Positions 28,548-38,355 of a DNA stretch of 64,000 nt are shown here, piece after piece. The translations under genes were made by a program, and so were the position numbers. This DNA is from Promethearchaeati archaeon SRVP18_Atabeyarchaeia-1 (GTDB lineage: Archaea; Asgardarchaeota; Atabeyarchaeia; Atabeyarchaeales; Atabeyarchaeaceae). Each line of letters begins with the position of its first letter. Position 1 is the first letter of the stretch. Under the pieces are notes generated by a model. That model was not told the origin of the DNA. It ran no database searches and saw only the letters and a list, made by a program, of their open reading frames with translations. The stretch spans positions 1,408,001 to 1,472,000 of the forward strand of contig CP147779.1 in NCBI GenBank assembly GCA_037308085.1, in the 5' to 3' direction.

Positions 28548-28722
28548 GAGCGAGCTAAGCGGCTGAAATCAGCATCGATCATCCATACCCCTTTTCTTTG
28601 AAGCATCAGTCGGCAGAACACAGACCTGGACCCCCCCACTTAAGCCTCTGAACTTTCAAGCTGCTGAATACGGAATGCTGTTATATAATAGATCCGCATA
28701 GACATGTTCACCTGTGTAAGAA

Positions 28723-29415
28723 GTGAGCTTGGGAGATACTGTGATGAATAGTAAATCGCTATGCGTCTCAGCATTATTGTTTCTGATCTTGGTCGCTGGG
28801 ATAACTGTTACACTTTCAAGCGGAGCAGATTATACTCATATTGGTGTCAGGAACATGGATACGGCTGACTACAAGTTGTGCCACACAGGCGACCCAGATA
28901 GCAGGGCTTCTTTCTACTTCTATAATGTGATCGGAACAATGGTTTCGATCAACTCAACTTTGTACTTCCCTAATGGAACGACGGTTCGCACACACATGGA
29001 TGGCAATGTTTCCCGAGGCACAGGGTTTTTGTTCGTCTATATAATCGTAGCTGGCTTGAAGGCAGGAGATCCGATTGTAAACAGTTCTCTCGCACCCACG
29101 ATCAACGAGACTATACCCTTGGGTTTTGCAGGGGCCACAAGGTTGATCAACCACCTAAGAATGTCCCCAGCCGGAGTTCCCAGTGACCTCTACTGGGACG
29201 AACTCACTGGAATTGCAGTCAAGGTCAACCTCAATTTGGGTGGCGGTGAATGGGAGAACATCACTTTGACAGCCACGAGCTTGTGGCATTCGCCAGTCTT
29301 CGCGTATGACCCCACGATGCTCTACCTGTCCTATGGAGCGATTGCGGTGTCACTTGTAGCTGTCGCGGTCCTCTTGTGGCTGCGCGGCAGAAGGCAGAAA
29401 CCTGTGAAGAAGTAG
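28723..29415 (+). CDS. Secreted/surface hypothetical protein with C-terminal TM anchor
   Basis: Signal peptide, several NxS/T sequons, C-terminal hydrophobic helix plus RGRRQKPVKK. Confidence 0.75.
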   Translation: MSLGDTVMNSKSLCVSALLFLILVAGITVTLSSGADYTHIGVRNMDTADYKLCHTGDPDSRASFYFYNVIGTMVSINSTLYFPNGTTVRTHMDGNVSRGTGFLFVYIIVAGLKAGDPIVNSSLAPTINETIPLGFAGATRLINHLRMSPAGVPSDLYWDELTGIAVKVNLNLGGGEWENITLTATSLWHSPVFAYDPTMLYLSYGAIAVSLVAVAVLLWLRGRRQKPVKK

Positions 29416-29820
29416 CACCTGCTTAGGCCGCCCTCCAAAGAAAGAGAGAAAAGAAAGAGCATTTGGCGGCGATTCCGATGACTTCAATACATCTCCAGTG
29501 CTTTGCGGACTTGGTCAGTGCTCTGCCGACGCCGAGACGGGGATGAAGCGGAAGGGTGTCGATGAACTCGTGATGTACCTGCATGATGCGGTAGAACCCT
29601 AGATCTGCGCGGAGTACGACAGTATGCTGACGGATATCTACCTGTGCCTACGCAGGTTGAAACCAAAAGTGAGACCTAGCCGAGCATTCGTCCCGAACCG
29701 TTTGGTTCTGTCATGTTTGGGCTATCTCTTCGGAAACTATTATTATGTGGGCTCCTACTGAGCTCAGAGAGCTGCCTTCCGCCTGTTGGTCATGGCGATG
29801 GCGTTGGTCGTGTTTCCACT

Positions 29821-30903
29821 TTGAAGATCGTTCACAGAAATCTGAAGAAGGGAATACTTGTTCTGAAGCCTGAGAACCTAGATGACCTCTGGATCCTCTA
29901 CAACGTCATTTTGCCGGGGGACCGGGTATACGCCAAAAGCCAAAGACGCGTAAAGGCTCGAGATGACACCCTACGGCAAGATTCTGGTGAGCGAGTAACC
30001 TTGCACTTGGGTGTCCAAGTTGAGGATGTCTATTATGATCCCAACTTCAATAGGCTTCGAGTCAAAGGCACAATAGTGGAGGGTCCAGAAGACCTAATCA
30101 AGATAAGGTCCTATCACACGCTCAACGTTGAGTTGAACCTGGAAGTCAAAATCATAAAAGAACTATGGCCAGATTACCTGATTAAGAGAATTGGGGAGTC
30201 GCTTGGTAGCGAGAACAGACCCCGCGTTCTCGTGGTGGCAATCGAAGAGGGAGACGCTTGCATAGCGAAGGTGGGGGATTATGGAATAGATGTTGTGGCA
30301 AACATATCCATGAACATACCGGGAAAACAGGATGAGACGAAGCAGAGAGACATGGTGCTCCAAAGATTCTTCGCAGACGTGTACACAACCGTCAAGCGAA
30401 GCCTCAGCGATAAGAAAATAAGAAGCATCGTAATCGCAGGTCCTGGTTTCACTAAGGAAAGGCTTCTCTCCTATTTCGAGAGAGACAAAGAAATCTCCAG
30501 GCTATGCTCCTTGGAGAATGTCAGCAACGGCGGTAGGGCGGGGGTAAGCGAGGTCATCAAGCGGGGCGCTCTCAGCAAGGTCCTCGAGGAAATACGGATA
30601 GTCGAAGAATCAAGCCTAATGGAAGAGCTGCTCCGGCGCCTGGGTAAGGACGAGAAGACCGCTGTTTACGGAAGAGGGGAAGTTGAGAAGGCGACGGAGT
30701 TTGGCGCCGTCCAAACACTGCTCATAACTGACAGGTTCCTAAGGGGCGCCTCAGCTGAGGAAAGGACCAAACTCGATTTGCTTCTTAGGACAGTAGAAAA
30801 GGCACGAGGACGGGTAGTGATCCTGAGCGCTGAGAGTGAGGCAGGGGAACAGCTTTCATCATTGGGCGAAATAGCTGCACTTTTGCGCTTCAAGATTGGC
30901 TAG
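29821..30903 (+). CDS. pelA: mRNA surveillance protein Pelota/Dom34
   Basis: PENLDDLWILYNVI, RLRVKG, SYHTL, IAGPGFTKE, VYG..EV..A...GAV..LLITD, GEQL..LGEIAALLRF; TTG start at 29821 inside ORF 29713. Confidence 0.93.
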   Translation: MKIVHRNLKKGILVLKPENLDDLWILYNVILPGDRVYAKSQRRVKARDDTLRQDSGERVTLHLGVQVEDVYYDPNFNRLRVKGTIVEGPEDLIKIRSYHTLNVELNLEVKIIKELWPDYLIKRIGESLGSENRPRVLVVAIEEGDACIAKVGDYGIDVVANISMNIPGKQDETKQRDMVLQRFFADVYTTVKRSLSDKKIRSIVIAGPGFTKERLLSYFERDKEISRLCSLENVSNGGRAGVSEVIKRGALSKVLEEIRIVEESSLMEELLRRLGKDEKTAVYGRGEVEKATEFGAVQTLLITDRFLRGASAEERTKLDLLLRTVEKARGRVVILSAESEAGEQLSSLGEIAALLRFKIG

Positions 30904-31064
30904 TCACGGCGCCCCAAGGCGTCAAGCAGCGAAGGAAAAATATGGGGAGAGGGCGGCAAAATAGGTCAGTGCTACTTTTTCTGGACCCCTTGAAACGTGC
31001 CTACCTTCACTCTATTCGACTTATCTCCCCTTTGGTTCATCTTTTTCTGGTTCACTTTTCGCTA

Positions 31065-31244
31065 CTACTCTGCTTCGACTTCCTCTGCTTCTTCTTCAGC
31101 TACAGGATTCGAGGCACATTCTTTGCACAGCACCTTCTTGGCTGAGACTTCTCCAGCGCAATCGCTGCAAACGATTGTTCCGCAAGAGTAGCACGCGCGA
31201 ACGCCTATCTTGGTTCCACAAAACTCGCAGGCTAGTCGACCCAT
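31065..31244 (-). CDS. 59-aa protein with four CxxC pairs (FYVE/PHD-like zinc finger) and acidic tail; below the ORF-track cutoff
   Basis: MGRLACEFCGTKIGVRACYSCGTIVCSDCAGEVSAKKVLCKECASNPVAEEEAEEVEAE*; G-rich SD-like GGGGTTGG upstream. Confidence 0.8.
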   Translation of the reverse strand: MGRLACEFCGTKIGVRACYSCGTIVCSDCAGEVSAKKVLCKECASNPVAEEEAEEVEAE

Positions 31245-31336
31245 TGGTTAACCAACCCCCTAACTAGAACATACCTTCAGATAGAAATAAAAAACTTTGC
31301 CCAATGTACTCATCTTAGGAGAAGTATGTTGCGACT

Positions 31337-32869
31337 TCACCGCGGCTGGCTCGATTGTTCGAAGTGCTCCTCTATTTCTGTTAGGATCGGTCTGGCATCC
31401 AAACCTTTGAAACCGATTCTTCTGGCAAGTTCCTCGACGTCATATTTCTGCCCGCTGGACCAGAGTTCCGCCAGGAATCTTCCCGCCTCTGGATTCTTGA
31501 ACCAGGTTTTGCCGTATCTCTCGATTATCTTTGATCTCAGTTGGGCTTCGAATATCCATGCTCTTAGGTACTGAGTTGAATAGAACCCGTCGTCGAGGTC
31601 AGTTAGGTAATGCGCTTCAGGGTGCCTGAATTTCAGTGCTTGCTCAAGCGTCTCTCTGTAGACCTTACCCATACCCCCTATTTCTTGACCGCCATGTAGC
31701 AGCAACTCGTACTTCAGTTTGGCCGCATACCTTCTCAGAAAGTACATCTTGTAGAGGTAGGCAAAGTCCAGGTAGCTGTCTAGTTCCCGTAACCCGATAT
31801 TCTCCTTTAGCCATGCGGTGTTAAGAGATAGGTACTCCATTAGAAATGCGTAAGTCTCCGTCACAGAAGCGTCCCCGAGCCGCTTGTACTCTACAGGTAG
31901 CAAGGGATCAACCGAGGCGTGGTGAACGGTGTGACCAGCCTCATGAAGCATTGCCGCATAGTCATCTTGACCTCCCTTTGGCAAGAACACAAGTCTCACA
32001 TCGTCAGGCACCTTGATGACCGCTGTGAACGCTCTGGGATCCTTTCTTGGTCTCTTCTCCATGTCAATCATAATGTTCTTGTGCTGCGATATTATGAAGC
32101 CCATTCCTCTAAGTGTCTTATCGAGGATCCCTAGGGCTCTTTCCTCTTTGAAGTAAGAGTCAAACTGCTTGGCTCGAAATACATATGTAGCATCGTGTTT
32201 CTCGGCTTCGCCGAGCTCTACTCCCACAACCTGCTTCAATTTCTCGCCCATCTTTTCAACCCAAAGGGAATCGGTTTTCTGAACAAAGGACGTCATTGCA
32301 TTGTCAAGTTCTTCGAAGTTGATACTCTTTGTATCGCGATACAATTCGAGGTAGTTTTTGTATCCGAGTTCTCTGGACATGCCGTGAAGCTTCTCCATTC
32401 GCTCTCGTAGAACAGGTTCCAGCTTTTCCTCTATTGCCTTGTTCCTGGCGTCGAAGATCTTTGCCCGCTTTGTCCTGTTGTCTTCGTTGAAGTACATTAC
32501 TTCTGCGAGTCGAAAGGGGATCTCTTCCCCATCAACCTTGATGACCTCCTTCGCCGCGGTCGTGTATGATATGTCAGTCAACTCTTTTACATGCTGGGAC
32601 AGCAACTCATGAGTCACGAAGCCCTGAAGGTAGCGCAGCTTTCTATCTTCCTCTCTCCCTTTTCCTTTCTTGGACCTGAGCTGCCTGATCTCCAGTATTT
32701 TCCTCTTGTCGAACAAGTGGCCGTACTTCTCATAGATGCCGGAAAGGTTCAATTCATCTTTTTGACCAGACCAATTGAGATAATACTCCAGCTCGGAATC
32801 TTGGCTAAAGCCGTCGACGTCACTTCTGAATCTCTCAAGGTTAAGCAAGTTCCACCCCATCCCTGTCAC
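31337..32869 (-). CDS. M3/M32-like zinc metallopeptidase (oligoendopeptidase-like)
   Basis: RPRKDPRAF, HEAGH (HExxH), downstream TETYAFLME third ligand, YSTQYLRAW. Confidence 0.78.
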   Translation of the reverse strand: MTGMGWNLLNLERFRSDVDGFSQDSELEYYLNWSGQKDELNLSGIYEKYGHLFDKRKILEIRQLRSKKGKGREEDRKLRYLQGFVTHELLSQHVKELTDISYTTAAKEVIKVDGEEIPFRLAEVMYFNEDNRTKRAKIFDARNKAIEEKLEPVLRERMEKLHGMSRELGYKNYLELYRDTKSINFEELDNAMTSFVQKTDSLWVEKMGEKLKQVVGVELGEAEKHDATYVFRAKQFDSYFKEERALGILDKTLRGMGFIISQHKNIMIDMEKRPRKDPRAFTAVIKVPDDVRLVFLPKGGQDDYAAMLHEAGHTVHHASVDPLLPVEYKRLGDASVTETYAFLMEYLSLNTAWLKENIGLRELDSYLDFAYLYKMYFLRRYAAKLKYELLLHGGQEIGGMGKVYRETLEQALKFRHPEAHYLTDLDDGFYSTQYLRAWIFEAQLRSKIIERYGKTWFKNPEAGRFLAELWSSGQKYDVEELARRIGFKGLDARPILTEIEEHFEQSSQPR

Positions 32870-33037
32870 AAGAATCTATAGATGTCTTATGCGGAATACA
32901 AATAAAAGCCTATTCGGCCGCCTCGCGTGCCTTCCATCAAGAATACTGATATAAACATGGACACCATTATTGTAGTTGAGGGAAGCAGGCTGGATTCAAG
33001 CAGACCTGTTGTTGAAAAGTCGCTGTGAGGAGTTGCT

Positions 33038-33556
33038 TTGACAAGCCCTGGCGAGGAATCCTACATCAAGATCATTGTCGCTGGAGAGGCCGACGTGGGA
33101 AAAACCGCCCTAGTGAACAGGTACTCTACCGGAAGGTTTGATATCCCAGAGACAATCGGAATAGGTTTCTCCTCGAAGGCCGAGAAGACGGCTGAGCTGG
33201 GAAAATTCAAGTTCTCCATACTGGATATGGCAGGAGAGGAACGTTTTCGCTTCATATTGCCAGAAGTTTGTAGGGGAGCAAAGGCAGTCATGCTACTCTT
33301 CGATCTATCCAACCCCAAGAGCTTCAAGAACTTGGGCGAGTGGGTTGACCTGATTAGAGAATGCCTTGAAAATGCTCCTATTCTGCTCATCGGGTCAAAA
33401 TCAGATCTTGACAGCAAGGTTCCAGAGAAACAGATCAAAGACTTCGTAAATCAGAAGAAGTTGAGCGGCTACATGAAGGTGTCAGCAAAAATGAACACGA
33501 ACGTTGATACGGCCTTTCGTCAGATAACAGAGCTGATAAAAAAAGGAGCCCGCTAG
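33038..33556 (+). CDS. Rab/Ras-like small GTPase
   Basis: G1 GEADVGKT, G2 ETIG, G3 DMAGEERF, G4 SKSD, G5 SAK; no C-terminal prenylation Cys. Confidence 0.92.
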   Translation: MTSPGEESYIKIIVAGEADVGKTALVNRYSTGRFDIPETIGIGFSSKAEKTAELGKFKFSILDMAGEERFRFILPEVCRGAKAVMLLFDLSNPKSFKNLGEWVDLIRECLENAPILLIGSKSDLDSKVPEKQIKDFVNQKKLSGYMKVSAKMNTNVDTAFRQITELIKKGAR

Positions 33557-33664
33557 TGAGTATTAGTTAGGCGTTCTACACATCTCCAGAGATCGGAAAG
33601 TGGATAAAACACCTTCCCCCAAGTTCCGGTTGAGATAACATAGTTAGCAGGGAAGCGCTGGCAG

Positions 33665-34870
33665 TTGAAGCCTCGTGAGAGACTGATTACAGTTCTTGAG
33701 AAACATGAGCCAGATTGCATCCCCATTGTGCTTCAATCAATAATCTCCTCAAACGTCTCGAACGAGCTGATGAGGATTACTTCGAGAAGCCGTGCCCGGG
33801 ACTCATCCAGTGTTGACGGGGGAATCACCTTTCAAAAGGTCAGGGAGTTCTCGGACAGGATTGCAAGGGTGAATCCTTCAAACTGGAAGAAAGAGTTTGA
33901 GAAGATAGCAAACTCGGCATCAAGGGCTCCCATTGACGTCAATGTTTATGCGAGGCTCGGAGTTGACGGTTTTTTCTACCCTAGTACGCCTGGGCAAATA
34001 AGAATTCTGGATCAGAAGCATTTTGTCAACGAATTCGGCTCCACCTGGGAATTCGGAGACGCAAATGGAGAACTCATCAACTGGTACAAAGACGGATGCC
34101 TCAAAACACCTGAACAAAGAGACCGATGGCCACTACCCAAACCAGAGGCGGAACGCGTCAGAAGCTACCAAGAGGCACTCAAGATATATGGAGAAAGAGT
34201 CTACCCGATCGGATTCGTGGTCGGCATATTTGAATTGACATGGCAATCTATGGGCTTCACCGAATTCGCCCGCAACTTGAAAACTAATGCTAGCTTCGTA
34301 CATAGAGTATATGAGGAGCATGCAAAGTTCGCTGAGGAGTTGGCCAAACTCTTCTTAGATGCTGGAGCTGAGATCATAGGTATAGGTGATGACGTAGCCT
34401 ACAAGAACAATCTAATGGTTTCACCGAAAATGTGGTCAGAGTTCGTCCAGCCACTTGCGTCGAGAATAGTGAACACTATCCATAAGCGTGGCGGGCTGGT
34501 GTTCATGCACTCCGACGGATACATTACACCCCTAATAGATCTGATCATTAGAACTGGATATGACGGAATCCAAAGCCTAGAGCCGCTGGCAGGAGTAAGA
34601 TTGGCTGAGGTCAAGGAGAAATACGGGGACAGGATTGCTTTGATCGGTGGTATTGACACATCTCAGTTACTTCCGTTTGGTACTGAGAAGGATGTGGAAA
34701 AAGCAGTAAGGGATGCTATCAAGGCGGCGGGGATGAAAGGTGGCTATGGAATTGGGCCCTGCACGGAAATCCACTGGAAGTGCAGACCTCAGAACGTCGT
34801 GGCAATGGTGAAGTACGCCAGAAAATACGGCAATTACCCACTCCAAGTCGGTGGCTCAGACCCTAGCTAA
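33665..34870 (+). CDS. Second URO-D-family methyltransferase (MtaA-like)
   Basis: PRERL...EPD, GDDVAYKNNLMVSP, MHSDG, QSLEP, GGIDT, GGYGIGP. Confidence 0.85.
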   Translation: MKPRERLITVLEKHEPDCIPIVLQSIISSNVSNELMRITSRSRARDSSSVDGGITFQKVREFSDRIARVNPSNWKKEFEKIANSASRAPIDVNVYARLGVDGFFYPSTPGQIRILDQKHFVNEFGSTWEFGDANGELINWYKDGCLKTPEQRDRWPLPKPEAERVRSYQEALKIYGERVYPIGFVVGIFELTWQSMGFTEFARNLKTNASFVHRVYEEHAKFAEELAKLFLDAGAEIIGIGDDVAYKNNLMVSPKMWSEFVQPLASRIVNTIHKRGGLVFMHSDGYITPLIDLIIRTGYDGIQSLEPLAGVRLAEVKEKYGDRIALIGGIDTSQLLPFGTEKDVEKAVRDAIKAAGMKGGYGIGPCTEIHWKCRPQNVVAMVKYARKYGNYPLQVGGSDPS

Positions 34871-34941
34871 GTTTGCGAACCCGAACACAGCGACGACCGA
34901 CTAGAAGCTGGGAGAGAATTTGGCCGGGACAGTGATCATCG

Positions 34942-36192
34942 TCACGCCAAGTCTTTGACAACTTGCCTGACGGTGTCGGTGAATATCTTGACTTCTTTGA
35001 GTGTGTTATAGAAATAAAGAGATGCTCTTGCCGATCCCTCTAACCCATGGGCGTTAAACCAGCTGTGTACGCAGTGCCTTCCTGACCTTATCATGATGTT
35101 CGCCACTTCATCGAGGATCATTGCGACATCATGGGGATTCATACCCTTAACATTGAAGCTGAATATTCCTCTTCTAAGACTCGGTTCATGTGGACCGATT
35201 AGGGTGAGCTTGTCTACGTCCGCAAGTTGTTGTGTCATTGCTCGGTTGAGATTCACTTCATGCTGCTCTATTTCCTCTAAACCCACTGCCGCAAGATACT
35301 CTGCGGCGGCGCCTGCCCCAATTATGCCCGCGTAGTTCTGGAGCCCAGCCTCGAATCTCTCTGGTGGCTCAAGCAGAGTGTAGGAATCGTAGTGCGTGTC
35401 AGAGACGGTGTCTCCCCCCGTTATGAAGGGCCTAAGCTTCTCCAACTCATCACGCTTTCCGTAGAGGACGCCGATCCCGCTCGGGCCGCACATTTTGTGG
35501 ATTGAGAAAGCGAAAAAGTCAACATCCAGATCTCTGACATCGATCTTCATGTGAGGGGCGCTCTGCGCCCCATCAAGCATCACCAGCGCGCCGCGCTCAT
35601 GCGACTCTTCAATGATAGCCTTTGCCGGTATAGTCACTCCGCACAGGTTTGACGTGTGAACCATTGAGACTAGCTTCACGCTTCGATTCATAGCTTTCTC
35701 GAATTCACTCATATTGAAAGTCGTGTCATCATTTGACCTGACAGCAACATGCTTGGTTCCGATTCTTTCAGACAAAACAAGCCACGGGACAAGGTTCGAG
35801 TTGTGCTCATAATCCGTCGTTACAACAGTGTCGCCGCTCTTAAGAGCTAGAGAATTCGCGACAAGGTTGATCGCCTCAGTACAATTCTTGGTGAAGATAA
35901 CTTCGTCACTTCGCTCAGCGCCGATGATGCGACTAATCTTCTCACGAGCTTCGTCGCAAAGCCTTGTGACCTTCAACCCGAATTTGTGTAAGCTTCGACC
36001 TCCGCAGGCAGGATAATTCTCATAGTATTCATTCATGGCTTCGACTACCTGTCTCGGTCGAAGGGTCATACAGGCATTATCGAAGTATATCGGCAGCTTG
36101 CCGCTGATGGGCTTGCTAAGCACAGGGAAGTCTTCTCTTATCCTCTCGACATCCAACTCTTGCTCTGACCTCCTAGTGTTAAAGCTCCACAT
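34942..36192 (-). CDS. sufS: Cysteine desulfurase, SufS/Csd type
   Basis: IREDFPVL, YFDNA, EHNSNLVPW, DGAQS, SIHKMCGPSGIG (PLP Lys), RSGRHC catalytic Cys. Confidence 0.88.
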   Translation of the reverse strand: MWSFNTRRSEQELDVERIREDFPVLSKPISGKLPIYFDNACMTLRPRQVVEAMNEYYENYPACGGRSLHKFGLKVTRLCDEAREKISRIIGAERSDEVIFTKNCTEAINLVANSLALKSGDTVVTTDYEHNSNLVPWLVLSERIGTKHVAVRSNDDTTFNMSEFEKAMNRSVKLVSMVHTSNLCGVTIPAKAIIEESHERGALVMLDGAQSAPHMKIDVRDLDVDFFAFSIHKMCGPSGIGVLYGKRDELEKLRPFITGGDTVSDTHYDSYTLLEPPERFEAGLQNYAGIIGAGAAAEYLAAVGLEEIEQHEVNLNRAMTQQLADVDKLTLIGPHEPSLRRGIFSFNVKGMNPHDVAMILDEVANIMIRSGRHCVHSWFNAHGLEGSARASLYFYNTLKEVKIFTDTVRQVVKDLA

Positions 36193-36211
36193 GAACTCAG
36201 TCTCATGCGCT

Positions 36212-36574
36212 TCAGCTTTTCCTCAGAACCGCCGCTGACAATACTCTGTTCACTAGCTGCAGAGTCTTGACTGCGTCGTCGCGGTCCTTGGCACGCCTTA
36301 TGATTATCTTTCCTTCCTTGAATACGTGAATCCTCTTATCTTCGTACTCAATTATCGCGTAGCCCATCTCACTTGAGCAGCGGACCCTCGAGAAGTCCTT
36401 GCTCATCTTCAATACCTCGCACAGCTTAACCCCGTCAAAATACGCTTCCTTTCTCTCGACTCCAGCCTCGGTCTTGAGAATTGATTCGAGTGTTACCTTG
36501 CCATCTTCGGTGCAAGGATTCACTTCGATCATTTGCCTCTCCGCATGCTTATCATCGCTAGCGGCGACGGGCAT
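36212..36574 (-). CDS. Small Cys-containing hypothetical protein in the sulfur-relay cluster
   Basis: 120-aa ORF between two desulfurases on the same strand; Cys in NPC, LC, RCS; C-terminal IHVFKEGKIIIRRAKDRDDA. Confidence 0.7.
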   Translation of the reverse strand: MPVAASDDKHAERQMIEVNPCTEDGKVTLESILKTEAGVERKEAYFDGVKLCEVLKMSKDFSRVRCSSEMGYAIIEYEDKRIHVFKEGKIIIRRAKDRDDAVKTLQLVNRVLSAAVLRKS

Positions 36575-36627
36575 CTAAGATACCACCAAGCCTTCAGCTA
36601 ATAGTGACAATGCTTTGTCTTCTACGC

Positions 36628-37812
36628 TTATGACTCTGACGGTGCGATAGGTGACATTGCTCGCAGCTTCTTGACAATGTCAGGAAGATTCTTTAGTATG
36701 ACGTCGACGTCACTGTCCGTGTTTGACTTGCCCAGACTGAATTGGAGGGAGCCGTGTGCTTCCTCGTGCGCGCATCCTATGCCGATAAGCACGTGGGAAG
36801 GTTCAAGTTTCTTAGATGTGCATGCCGAGCCAGACGATAGTGATACCCCCAGCATGTCGAGGTTTAGAATCATCGACTCTCCTTCAACGTAGCTGAACCT
36901 TATGTTTGCGTTATTTGGGACTCTCTTGGTTGGATGTCCATTCAAAAATGCGTGATCAACGCTTTCCAATAGTCCTTTTATTAGCTTGTCCCTTAACTTC
37001 GTAAGCCTTTTTCCTTCATCCTTCATTTCGTTCTTCGCCAATTCGGCTGCCTTTCCTATGCCGACGATACCCGGCACATTTTCAGTTCCTGATCTCATCC
37101 CCATCTCCTGTCCCCCACCCTGGATGATCGGCTGAATTCTCACATCCTCGCCCACGTAGAGGACGCCCATACCCTTGGGACCATACATGTCGTTGGATGA
37201 TATTGTCATCAAGTCAATCTGCTCCGCCTTGACGTTGATGGGGATTTTTCCAGCGGCGGCCACAGCATCAACGTGTAGCGGCACACCCTTGTCGGCAGCT
37301 ATCTCGCCTATTTCGGCGATTGGCTGTATCGTCCCTATCTCCCCATTTGCGTAAGCCAAGGTTATGAGAACAGTCTTGGCCGTTATAGATGATTTCAGTT
37401 TGCCCACGTCAACCAGACCGTACTCGTCCACTGGGGCATAAGTTATCTTGAACCCCTCTTTCTCAAGCGATTTCAGAGTGTTGAGAATCGACATGTGCTC
37501 AATCGGCGTTGAAACTATGTGGTTACCTTTGTCCTTGTTCTTGGAGGCCACGCCCTTGATAGCCAAGTTGTTCGATTCAGTTCCCCCCGAGGTAAAGACT
37601 ATTTCTCTAGGGTTCTCGGCGCCTATCAGTTGAACGAGCTGCCCCCTGGCAGTCTCGACGGCGCTCTTGGCCTCCATTCCAGCGCTGTGAACCGATGATG
37701 GATTACCGTACTTGTCCGTGAAATATGGCAGCATCTCCTTCAAGACCCGGGGGTCTACCGGGGATCCTGCTACATGATCCATATAGATTCTTTTTGCGTT
37801 TTGCCCACTCAC
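36628..37812 (-). CDS. iscS: Cysteine desulfurase, IscS/NifS type (PLP-lysine motif divergent)
   Basis: YGNPSS, FTSGGTESNN, GGGQE..RSGTEN, SSGSACTS; the usual S-x-HK-x-YGPKG reads SSNDMYGPKG. Confidence 0.85.
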   Translation of the reverse strand: MSGQNAKRIYMDHVAGSPVDPRVLKEMLPYFTDKYGNPSSVHSAGMEAKSAVETARGQLVQLIGAENPREIVFTSGGTESNNLAIKGVASKNKDKGNHIVSTPIEHMSILNTLKSLEKEGFKITYAPVDEYGLVDVGKLKSSITAKTVLITLAYANGEIGTIQPIAEIGEIAADKGVPLHVDAVAAAGKIPINVKAEQIDLMTISSNDMYGPKGMGVLYVGEDVRIQPIIQGGGQEMGMRSGTENVPGIVGIGKAAELAKNEMKDEGKRLTKLRDKLIKGLLESVDHAFLNGHPTKRVPNNANIRFSYVEGESMILNLDMLGVSLSSGSACTSKKLEPSHVLIGIGCAHEEAHGSLQFSLGKSNTDSDVDVILKNLPDIVKKLRAMSPIAPSES

Positions 37813-37938
37813 TTCTCCGCACCTCTCCTAGACGACAATATTAGAATCAAACCAAATAAAGTTCGTGATGACTATGTTCAATAGTCATCACTAATCTGAA
37901 CTTAACTGTTGCTTTGATAGTTCCTTCGTCAAAGACTC

Positions 37939-38343
37939 CTAGAACCACATTGTGCCATCTGCCTCAAGCACGACGTCGTTGAGCGTGGCTGCGCCGACAA
38001 CTTGACCTGCGGGTATGAATGCACCCTTTGGATCCAGGCCAAACAACGCGCAACTCTGTCCACAAATCATTAGTTTAACCCCCGCCTTCGTGGCGTCGTC
38101 CATGACTTGTTTCAATGTGGGGAAGCTGCCGACCTTGATTTTCTCGGCTTCGCCTTTCTTCACTACCAAGACTCCTTTGCCCAAGAAGTATACTGTCGCG
38201 TCCAAACCCATTGCCTTGGCTGTCTGCGCAAGTATGAATGGTGAGTATAGTCTCTCTGGGGTATCTGGGCCGCTTGTCTGAACGTAGAGCAACGATTTCT
38301 TCTTTTCAGTTTCCCTCTTAGTTGTTGTTTTATTCTTTGCCAC
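37939..38343 (-). CDS. DsrE family protein
   Basis: 134 aa; PF..A..AKAMG...VYFLGKGV, ICGQS, VGAAT; next to TusA. Confidence 0.8.
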   Translation of the reverse strand: MAKNKTTTKRETEKKKSLLYVQTSGPDTPERLYSPFILAQTAKAMGLDATVYFLGKGVLVVKKGEAEKIKVGSFPTLKQVMDDATKAGVKLMICGQSCALFGLDPKGAFIPAGQVVGAATLNDVVLEADGTMWF

Positions 38344-38355
38344 TGCTTAATCACC

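Noticed and set aside
29498-29761. TAG-interrupted reading frame or C/D-box sRNA upstream of pelota
   Set aside because: Translation matches no family I recognise and the box motifs are incomplete; at most a decayed relic.
30972-31067. TAG read-through (pyrrolysine) after the small zinc finger, and stop-codon recoding in general
   Set aside because: Tandem TAG TAG is a firm stop, many conserved genes here end properly at TAG or TGA, and no pyl/sel genes or interrupted conserved genes were seen.
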